This document shows positions 9,591 to 17,062 of a DNA stretch of 64,000 nucleotides, piece after piece. The DNA comes from an uncultured Prevotella sp. GTDB lineage: Bacteria > Bacteroidota > Bacteroidia > Bacteroidales > Bacteroidaceae. The position numbers were made by a program, and so were the translations under genes. The notes beneath the pieces are model-generated. The model made no database searches and was not told where the DNA came from. It saw only the letters and a program-made list of their open reading frames with translations. Location of the stretch: assembly GCA_964386825.1 (NCBI GenBank), contig CAYLUI010000010.1, positions 11,797 to 75,796 of the forward strand. The letters run 5' to 3'. The stretch's first letter is position 1. Each line of letters starts with the position of its first letter.

Positions 9591-11601
9591 AGACCGTCCG
9601 AGAACAGCATTTGGGCGTGAATCACAGTGTGCAGAACCACAATAGTGGCCCCACTTGAGTCCATCCAATGGTTTCATATTAAAATTTCCGGTTATGCCAA
9701 ATGCTTCCCTGCGAATGCTCAAAAAAGCGATATGGGCATTGACAAAGCGTGTCTTTCAATGGTTTTGCACTCCTCTGGGGCATTATCGGAGGGCGGCTAC
9801 AAGGGCAGGCACACCTTTGAGGTTTATGGCGCGGCGTAGATTGTAAGACAGGCAGAACAATCCCATCTCGGTCCCTACCTTGGCAAATCCTTTCAATAGG
9901 AAATAATATTGTCCAAGTGCACGTTTGATGGTTCCGAAAGGATGCTCGGAAAGGCATTTGCGATTGTCCATTTTCTCTTGGTCAAGATGAAGGACGTATT
10001 GTACCACCTTTCTGACAAGGGTTGTCTTTGGAGGCTTGGGATTATCCCAGTCCTCATCCTTCGGTTCTTGTTTCCTCCTTGCATCCACAGCCTTGATGAG
10101 CATGTCTTTGCTGAAGTCGGCTCCCTTGAATTTCGCGCTTGTACATTTGCACTTGCATCGCTTGCAGGCAAGTTTGTTGCAGTATCGGATATTGCCGTTG
10201 CGCTTGACCGACTTCTGGCGGAGAAGCTCTCCTTGCGGACAATAGACCAGATTGCGCACCGCATCCCTGACGAAGTAGCCGTCAGCAGCCTTGGCTCGCA
10301 TCTGTTCCGGTGCCATCCTCAGAATGTCTGAGTCAGGAATGTCGGCCATCCGTGTCTTGGCCTCCTTGATTTCCACATCGGAGAGTATGCCCTTGTAGGC
10401 ATCGGGAATGACGCATGCCTTCAGGTCTTCAGGCCTGGTGCTGGATTTCCGTTCATCGGTAATCTGCTGCTCGTTGTATTCAAACTCGACGATCTCCGTG
10501 CAGCCGCCGTCGCGCTGGATGACATGGGGCACGATACCCGAGGCAAGTGCGTCCGCATGATCCCCGGGGCATGCATAACCTTTGTCTGCTGTACTTTCAA
10601 GTATGTCAACATCGTAGTCGGCCTTCACCTCAGAAGCAACGCCTGTAATCTGCCCGTGGTCGGTAGGCTTGTTGGTGACCTGATAGCCGGCTATCAGGTG
10701 ACTTCCCGCATCGACCGCCGTCTGAACGTTATATCCAACGCAAAAGCCCTCGCTGGTCTTCATCAGCCGCGAATCGTGGTCGGTTGTCGACAGCTGGCTT
10801 TCCCCCGAGGCTTCCAGACGGTTGCGGTAATCTTCGTAGAGGGTCTTGCGCTCCTTGCAGACATCGAGCTTGCGCTGCAGCTCTTCCCTGAAAAGTTTGC
10901 GCCCTTCCTCGCAGTCACATGCGTCAAGATCCTCCATGTAGACGGCAATATGTTCGTCAAGGCGCCTGATGCGGTCGTCAAGCTTGTTCAGGGTGAAGTT
11001 GTTGTCCTTGGCATTCACGGCTTTGAACTTGCTTCCGTCAATGGAGATGTATGACTTCGAGAACAGCTTCATGCCCATGCAGAACTGGTTGAACGCCTTG
11101 AACACCCTGGCGACAGCCTCTTTGTTGTCCTTGCGGAAGTCGGAGATGGTACGGAAGTCCGGAGCAAGCTTGCCCAGAAGCCACATAACCTCGATGTTGC
11201 ACTTGCACTCGCGCGCAAGTTTGCGTGAGGAGCGGACCTGATAGAAATAGCCGTAGATGTAGAGCTTGAGCAAATCACGCGGGTCATAGCCGGGAGCCCC
11301 CGTCCCGGCAGGTATGCTGCGGAGGAATCCAAGTTCATCCATCTTGAGGCTGTCGACGAATGCGTCAAAGAGCCTGACCGGGGCATCTGACTCCACATAT
11401 TCCTCTCTGCAATCAGGGAATAACACTTTTTGCCTACGCTCTTCACCTTTTTTGTATGCCATATGCCATATGCTTTAATTTGCCCTTAAATTACGAAAAA
11501 AGACTGAGAACACAAAGCAAATATTGTTAAACCACATGAAATGGAAAATCATCATGACTGGTACTGTGGGCTGGTCTGCTTGTACGGTTTTCGGACAGCC
11601 T
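9591..11601 (-). mobile_element. IS1182-family insertion sequence (about 2.0 kb)
   Basis: Single transposase gene. The imperfect terminal inverted repeats are 'agaccgtccgagaac' (9591-9605) and the reverse complement of 'gttttcggacagcct' (11587-11601), matching at 12/15 positions. C-runs flank both ends (9585-9590 and 11602-11606). Confidence 0.6.
9783..11462 (-). CDS. IS1182-family transposase
   Basis: 559-aa ORF with the family-typical N-terminus 'APVRLFDAFVDSLKMDELGF...GAPGYDPRDLLKLYIYGYFYQVRSSRKLARECKCNIEVMWLLGKLAPDFRTISDFRK', followed by 'ISIDGSKFKAVNAKDNNF'. Confidence 0.85.
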   Translation of the reverse strand: MAYKKGEERRQKVLFPDCREEYVESDAPVRLFDAFVDSLKMDELGFLRSIPAGTGAPGYDPRDLLKLYIYGYFYQVRSSRKLARECKCNIEVMWLLGKLAPDFRTISDFRKDNKEAVARVFKAFNQFCMGMKLFSKSYISIDGSKFKAVNAKDNNFTLNKLDDRIRRLDEHIAVYMEDLDACDCEEGRKLFREELQRKLDVCKERKTLYEDYRNRLEASGESQLSTTDHDSRLMKTSEGFCVGYNVQTAVDAGSHLIAGYQVTNKPTDHGQITGVASEVKADYDVDILESTADKGYACPGDHADALASGIVPHVIQRDGGCTEIVEFEYNEQQITDERKSSTRPEDLKACVIPDAYKGILSDVEIKEAKTRMADIPDSDILRMAPEQMRAKAADGYFVRDAVRNLVYCPQGELLRQKSVKRNGNIRYCNKLACKRCKCKCTSAKFKGADFSKDMLIKAVDARRKQEPKDEDWDNPKPPKTTLVRKVVQYVLHLDQEKMDNRKCLSEHPFGTIKRALGQYYFLLKGFAKVGTEMGLFCLSYNLRRAINLKGVPALVAALR

Positions 11602-11881
11602 CCCCCAGTGGAACACATCACAAATGAGGATTCATAAGTCCTCACCATTTTGCCCAGTTGCATTCACAATCGTAAAACATTGTTATGTAATACAGGCCAT
11701 AGTTCTCGGATATCATAAACCAAACAGGCTTTTGAGCGGCCTTGTCAAAAGCATACATAGCAGCCATCTTGAACACATCATTAGAGACTTCCTCCGATGG
11801 TTTTTCCTGTTGCCCTTTTGTGTACCTTGAATAAATCAAGGACTCAAAAACATACAAAGCAACTACATAATGAATGTTCGT

Positions 11882-11931
11882 CAGTGCACGGTGCAAGTCA
11901 CTTCATATATAAGGACTTGCACCGTGCACTG
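11882..11931. repeat. perfect 18-bp inverted repeat (hairpin) with a 14-nt spacer
   Basis: 'cagtgcacggtgcaagtc' (11882-11899) pairs with 'gacttgcaccgtgcactg' (11914-11931). No U-tract follows on either strand. Confidence 0.7.
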
Positions 11932-12141
11932 AAAAATGTAGCCAAGAAGTTTATAATAACTTTCTATCAAAAAGTTTGGAGACGGTTCATTTTTATGCCC
12001 TTTTGAACCCACGAATTGCAAAGTGCAATTCTAACAGCAGAATCTATGAGTACGCTCAAAATACTCTCTAGTGGCTACAATATGGCTACACAAAAAAGTT
12101 TGAAACATATAAAATATTTCTTTATAGGGATTGCAGAGTTT

Positions 12142-12162
12142 AGTTCACAAACCTCTCTCCGC
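12142..12162 (+). repeat. degenerate direct repeat of the tRNA-Ser 3' end (attR-like)
   Basis: 'agttcacaaacctctctccgc' compared with tRNA positions 8879-8901 'ggttcgaatccctctctctccgc'. 16/21 positions are identical after a 2-nt gap, including an exact 'ctctctccgc'. Confidence 0.45.
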
Positions 12163-12189
12163 CAAAAATGATTTGTTTTTCTAAATTGA

Positions 12190-12226
12190 GCCGCCAAACT
12201 TTAAAAGTTTGGCGGCATTTTTGTTT
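12190..12226. terminator. hairpin terminator between the island remnant and the end of the PUL
   Basis: 11-bp stem 'gccgccaaact'/'agtttggcggc'. It is followed by 'atttttgttt' on the plus strand. On the minus strand it lies 60 nt downstream of the permease stop but has a poor U-tract. Confidence 0.45.
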
Positions 12227-12284
12227 AACAACAAGATCATTTATCTCTGAATAGGTTGATATATTATCCAAAGAGAAAACTTCT

Positions 12285-13295
12285 CTAATCACCAGCCGCC
12301 ACGATAAGCGACAAGCCTACTATAAAAAAGAAGAACATCAGTGCCAACAAGCGGTCAACAGTCTTGCCAGCTCCACGAAACTCTTTCCAAACGAATACGC
12401 CCCACAAAGCGGCAATCATAGGTGCACCCTGACCTAACGCATAAGATATGGCTGCACCCGCCTTACCAGCTGCAATGTAACTGAAAAGTGTGCCCACCCC
12501 CCAAATGACACCACCAAGCATTCCTATCAAATGAGTTTTTGTATTACCCTTAAAGTATTCACGGTAAGCCACCGGAGCACCATCCGCAGGATGGAGCATG
12601 AGTATTGTGTTGAATATGAAATTGCTTAGCAGTACTCCTATAGAAAAAATAAAGAAAGCTGTGTATGGCATAGCCTTTCCCACTATCGGATGCTCGAAGT
12701 TGTCAAGATCCATAGCAGCAGCTACAAAACGATAGAAGAAAGCCATCAATACGCCAGAGGCGATGGCAAGCACAATCCCCTTTCGGCTACGGCTCTTATC
12801 AACTTCAGTATCACCACCTTTCTTTGCGGAACATATTCCATTGAAAATCAGAGCTACAACGATTAATGCCACACCAAGGAACAGAAGTGAAGGATTGCCC
12901 TTAGGTGAGCCAAAATAGTTAACAAACACACCAATGACCAGCGCTAACCCCACACCCAACGGGAAAGCTACAGACATTCCAGCAAGGCTCATCGAGGCTG
13001 ACAACAAAATGTTGGAGCCATTAAAAATTATACCACCCATAAGGATGAAAACTATAGAAGTTGTAGAGACCTGCGCCATGTCTTCTGCAAAGCTTCGTCC
13101 ACTGTCACCTATACTACCAAGAGTAAATCCCATCAGTAGGGCAAAGGCTACCATTCCAATAACATAATCCCAATAGAACAATTCATAACGCCACGACTTA
13201 GCAGCCAGTTTCTGAGAGTTACCCCATGAACCCCAGCAAAGCATCGTGACAAAACAGAGTACAATGGCTAAATGATAACTATTTACTATAAACAT
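12285..13295 (-). CDS. DMT-superfamily (GRP/RhaT-like) sugar permease
   Basis: 336-aa protein that is hydrophobic throughout (about 10 TM segments). Readable blocks are 'CWGSWGNSQK' and 'GQGAPMIAALWGVFVWKEF'. It lies immediately downstream of the ribokinase. Confidence 0.6.
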   Translation of the reverse strand: MFIVNSYHLAIVLCFVTMLCWGSWGNSQKLAAKSWRYELFYWDYVIGMVAFALLMGFTLGSIGDSGRSFAEDMAQVSTTSIVFILMGGIIFNGSNILLSASMSLAGMSVAFPLGVGLALVIGVFVNYFGSPKGNPSLLFLGVALIVVALIFNGICSAKKGGDTEVDKSRSRKGIVLAIASGVLMAFFYRFVAAAMDLDNFEHPIVGKAMPYTAFFIFSIGVLLSNFIFNTILMLHPADGAPVAYREYFKGNTKTHLIGMLGGVIWGVGTLFSYIAAGKAGAAISYALGQGAPMIAALWGVFVWKEFRGAGKTVDRLLALMFFFFIVGLSLIVAAGD

Positions 13296-13333
13296 AACAC
13301 TCCATAATTTAAAGTTTTTTTTTTAAAAAAAAC

Positions 13334-14254
13334 TCACTGTATTTCATCCAAATGTGGCATAGACATCTGAGCACCTACCCTAGTGACAGATATTGACGAA
13401 ACATTATTTGCAAAAGCCAAAGCTGAGTGCATATCCAAACCTTTTATAAGTGCAGCACAAAGAGCGCCGCAGAAAGTATCGCCAGCCGCAGTTGTGTCTA
13501 CAGCATTTACTTTTACCGCAGGCACAGTCATGAGTTCACCGTTTATCATAGCCACGACACCTTTCGAGCCAACGGTGACAATAACATCCTTCACACCTGT
13601 CTTCTGAATACTCACAATTGCCTTTGATATTGACTTATCATCTGAAATAGTGCATCCTGATATAGCTACGGCCTCTGTCTCGTTAGGAATGAGCAAATCT
13701 ACATTCTGCAGCAACTCTTCAAGAATCGGAGTTTTAGGTGCAGGCGCAGGATTAAGCACTACATAGCATCCACACTTTTTTGCCATTTTAGCTGCCACTG
13801 CAAGCGCATTGACTGGGTTCTCTAATTGCATCAACACTATCGATGCACCAACAAACGCTTCACTCGCTTTCTCTATATCTTCTGCATTAATATCGTAATT
13901 TGCACCAGAGTTGACAACAATACTATTTTCGCCACCATCTACCGTCGTTATTAGTGCTACACCAGTAGGCTTGTCATCAGAAGTAAAAAGATAATTCACG
14001 TCTATGCCCTCCCATGATAAATGGGCTATCGTAGACTTGCCAAAATCGTCATCGCCAACTTTTCCTACAAAGGTTGTCGAAACACCAAGTCGTGCAGCTG
14101 CAACAGCTTGGTTTGCTCCCTTTCCACCAAAGTTAGTTATAAAACCATTGCCAATAACAGTCTCTCCAGGTTGTGGGAAATGCGGAGCATGGATTACCAA
14201 ATCCATATTTGTACTTCCAACCACAACCAACCTGCCATTCTTTATCCTTTCCAT
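13334..14254 (-). CDS. rbsK: ribokinase
   Basis: PfkB-family protein with ribokinase-type motifs 'VVVGSTNMDL', 'GGKGANQAVAAARLG' and 'DTTAAGDTFCGAL'. The start is set at ATG M13 because the track ORF begins with TTG at 14290. Confidence 0.85.
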   Translation of the reverse strand: MERIKNGRLVVVGSTNMDLVIHAPHFPQPGETVIGNGFITNFGGKGANQAVAAARLGVSTTFVGKVGDDDFGKSTIAHLSWEGIDVNYLFTSDDKPTGVALITTVDGGENSIVVNSGANYDINAEDIEKASEAFVGASIVLMQLENPVNALAVAAKMAKKCGCYVVLNPAPAPKTPILEELLQNVDLLIPNETEAVAISGCTISDDKSISKAIVSIQKTGVKDVIVTVGSKGVVAMINGELMTVPAVKVNAVDTTAAGDTFCGALCAALIKGLDMHSALAFANNVSSISVTRVGAQMSMPHLDEIQ

Positions 14255-14293
14255 ATAGTTTTTATTGTTATAGGATAATGAAGCCAACAAGAG

Positions 14294-15793
14294 CTACTTG
14301 TTTATATATTTTTTCCCCTTAGACAGGATTATGCCACGATATGTTATGCTTATCCTTTGACCAGAAAGATTATAAATGTCATTACCCGACTGATTAGTCT
14401 TATCAATATCAACATTGCTTATACCAGTACTTTCGTTGACTTGATAAGCACCGCAATCAACTCGTGTAGTACGCACCACACCATCCTTGTCATTCTGAGG
14501 TACACTATCAGTCAACTCACCAAAACCGATAGCAGGACTCGATGACTTAATATGGAAATCAGCTTCATCAGAAGGAGAAGACGGCATACGAACGAAAAGA
14601 GGATCTCCATTTCTGAAGTTGCCATTAGCGCCACTGAGCTGTCCATTGTAATACACATTATTTATATATGTTGCTCCACCATTCCTGCCAAAATTAGTAC
14701 ATTTGCCATTAGGTTTTGAGTACATAATATTATTGATGATAATATTATTACTACCGCTTTGCGAAAAAATCTCACCATAATCGCCATTATAGCGCTGCTC
14801 ATTCATGAAGGTTGTATTGTTGACAATATAAATATCATGAGATTTATACGCATGTATGCCCGAACCACCATTGAAATAGCTAACATTATTAGCAACCAAC
14901 GTCTTAGCTCTATAGCCTCCATCAGCAATGACCTCTTCCGTGCTGCTGGCATCCGGAGTGTTATTGACATCCATTATTATACCATTGCCGTCAGAATATC
15001 GTGGTGTGTTCGCTGTGTACCACTTAATCTTCGTATGGTTATTGTAAACGGTGTTGCCCACAACTATATTCTTAAACCCAGTTTCATCATCACTATTCAC
15101 GGGATTAAGAATGCTGATGCCACTACAACCATACATAGTAAACCATGCATTGTTGTAAACAGTGTTGTTCTCAAACGTGATGTAGTCAGATTGCTGGGTC
15201 CCAAGACCTCCACCAGGGAAATCATGCACTACACAGTTTCGTATGATGACATGGTTTGGAAAAGAAGTATTCTTTCCTCCTGCACCAATGCTGACACCAT
15301 TGGTATTGTACATGGCAATTGTGTTCCAATCACGAGAATTATTGTATTTATAATCGTAAGCGACCTTGTCAGCCGTAGCAGAATCGAGGCTTTGGTTGTT
15401 GCCCTCCATTTCAAGACCATCAATAATGATATAAGATGCTTTAATGTTAATGCACTGCCATACACCCTTTCCACCAGCTCTCAACTTAGGTTTGTTGTCT
15501 GGGTCGTAAGCCTTGAAAGTAATGTATCTGTCTTCCGCACCAGAATTTTCTTCCTTTAGATCTATAACAGGCTTATAGTTGTTGAGAGATGAATATGTTC
15601 CAGGCATAATATTAATCACATCTCCCGGCTGCATGTTTGCGAGCACCTTAGAGAAAGTCCTCCAAGGCTTGTCAGCAGACAAACCATCGTAAGTATCCCT
15701 TCCTTTGGTTGAGATGTATAGCTGTCGGCTCTCCTGTGCTACGGCAGAGAGTACCATAAAGGCATAAAGCACCACTAAAATTATCCTTTTCAT
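14294..15793 (-). CDS. secreted right-handed parallel beta-helix protein with a T9SS-like C-terminal tail
   Basis: Signal peptide 'MKRIILVVLYAFMVLSAVAQ'. Beta-helix blocks are 'ASYIIIDGLEMEG', 'HVIIRNCVVHDFPGGGLG', 'VYNNAWFTMYGCSGISIL', 'SDGNGIIMDV' and 'ANNVSYFNGGSGIHAY'. The C-terminus is 'DIYNLSGQRISITYRGIILSKGKKYINK'. Confidence 0.7.
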   Translation of the reverse strand: MKRIILVVLYAFMVLSAVAQESRQLYISTKGRDTYDGLSADKPWRTFSKVLANMQPGDVINIMPGTYSSLNNYKPVIDLKEENSGAEDRYITFKAYDPDNKPKLRAGGKGVWQCINIKASYIIIDGLEMEGNNQSLDSATADKVAYDYKYNNSRDWNTIAMYNTNGVSIGAGGKNTSFPNHVIIRNCVVHDFPGGGLGTQQSDYITFENNTVYNNAWFTMYGCSGISILNPVNSDDETGFKNIVVGNTVYNNHTKIKWYTANTPRYSDGNGIIMDVNNTPDASSTEEVIADGGYRAKTLVANNVSYFNGGSGIHAYKSHDIYIVNNTTFMNEQRYNGDYGEIFSQSGSNNIIINNIMYSKPNGKCTNFGRNGGATYINNVYYNGQLSGANGNFRNGDPLFVRMPSSPSDEADFHIKSSSPAIGFGELTDSVPQNDKDGVVRTTRVDCGAYQVNESTGISNVDIDKTNQSGNDIYNLSGQRISITYRGIILSKGKKYINK

Positions 15794-15805
15794 GTTGTTT
15801 TGTTT

Positions 15806-17062
15806 TCACCAGTGCATCAACTCTTTGATGTCGTTCGAACCGGCATCTATAAGTTTTGAAGCTGTTTTAATATTATTCGTTATAAGTTTATAAGCGGGTT
15901 CAGGATTGTTGTAAATATCAAGAAGACAATCAGAAAGTTGCTGACCATTTGTCTTGTCAACATCAAACACCCAATTGCCGAAGCCTAGATCGTAATACAT
16001 CTGTCCCTTAACTGTGTCCTCTGGCTGCCTGACATAAAAAGCTGGAGTGCCTTTGGCAAGTGCCATAATAACAGAATGGCATTCCAAACTAACTAGCGCA
16101 AAAGCATGAGTTAGGAAAGACGTAGCCTCGTCAGGCCACCAATAGTCATGTTTGTAAACATAAGGTTTTACGTCGGCAGGCAATTTGTCTATCAGAAGTT
16201 CATTAAACAAAGGCACCTGATACGTCATCTCTGCACACACCACAACCTTTTTATGAGTCTTCCTCACCCACTGCGTTATCATCTCACGCAACTTTGCATG
16301 ATCTTTCTCTTTACATGAATCGTTGAGGTGATTGATACGTGCCAACTCTTCCGACGAAAACTGCGGATAAGGTGTACGACGCAAGCGTGGTATAACACAG
16401 ATATAGCCTTTATCTTCTATATTATGAGCTTTCAACCATTTCTTGACTGGTTTCTCATTGCGCATTCTCAAAGCGAAAACTGCATCCGGAACAAAACGCA
16501 CTATATCCGGCTTATTGATGCCAAACCGTTTCAAGCTATCACAAGAAGCAGTCTCGCGGGTATAGATAAACTTGGCACCATTGAGCAACTTTGTCAATTG
16601 CGGAGTAGTCCATTGTATAGTAGCCCCAAATACGCCGTAAGGTTTGCCTGTGAGTTTTTTGAAAGCAGCAAGATGCTTATCGCCTAAAATCATAGGACCA
16701 GAGCCATGAATCATCAAATCGGCAGACAGCATACTTTTAATGACCTCATCACTTTTCACAGTCAGGTTATCACTGACATCTCCAGAGACAACTTTAACCT
16801 TTGGGAAATACTTCTTAATGAATCTGCCAACTGAAGCTGTTGTTGAGTCATTTTTCCATATCCATACCGTCATATCAGCATTAGGTATATTCTTATGTAA
16901 CGCAGACAGTATACCAGGGGTGTGGGCTATATCACCAACATTCTGGTTCTGCCATCCCGATACAATGAGAATATTGGGACGTTTCTTTGAAGCACTATTG
17001 CCCATTAATGGGTACAACAGTGCCAAAGTAAGGATGAATCTGCAAATAAATCTACTCTTCAT
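15806..17062 (-). CDS. polysaccharide pyruvyl-transferase-fold protein with an N-terminal export signal
   Basis: 418 aa. The hydrophobic N-terminus is 'MKSRFICRFILTLALLYPLMG'. The PS_pyruv_trans-like layout shows 'WQNQNVGDIAHTPG', 'IYTRETASCDSLKRFG', 'VPDAVFAL' and 'LECHSVIMALAKGTPAFYV'. Confidence 0.7.
   Translation of the reverse strand: MKSRFICRFILTLALLYPLMGNSASKKRPNILIVSGWQNQNVGDIAHTPGILSALHKNIPNADMTVWIWKNDSTTASVGRFIKKYFPKVKVVSGDVSDNLTVKSDEVIKSMLSADLMIHGSGPMILGDKHLAAFKKLTGKPYGVFGATIQWTTPQLTKLLNGAKFIYTRETASCDSLKRFGINKPDIVRFVPDAVFALRMRNEKPVKKWLKAHNIEDKGYICVIPRLRRTPYPQFSSEELARINHLNDSCKEKDHAKLREMITQWVRKTHKKVVVCAEMTYQVPLFNELLIDKLPADVKPYVYKHDYWWPDEATSFLTHAFALVSLECHSVIMALAKGTPAFYVRQPEDTVKGQMYYDLGFGNWVFDVDKTNGQQLSDCLLDIYNNPEPAYKLITNNIKTASKLIDAGSNDIKELMHW

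Noticed and set aside
11624-12006. Short ORFs in the island remnant: 11642..11896 (-), 11624..11830 (+) and 11797..12006 (+).
   Set aside because: They overlap one another and have no recognisable domain, including no integrase catalytic motifs. They lie in what looks like decayed DNA. They are left uncalled rather than given invented functions.
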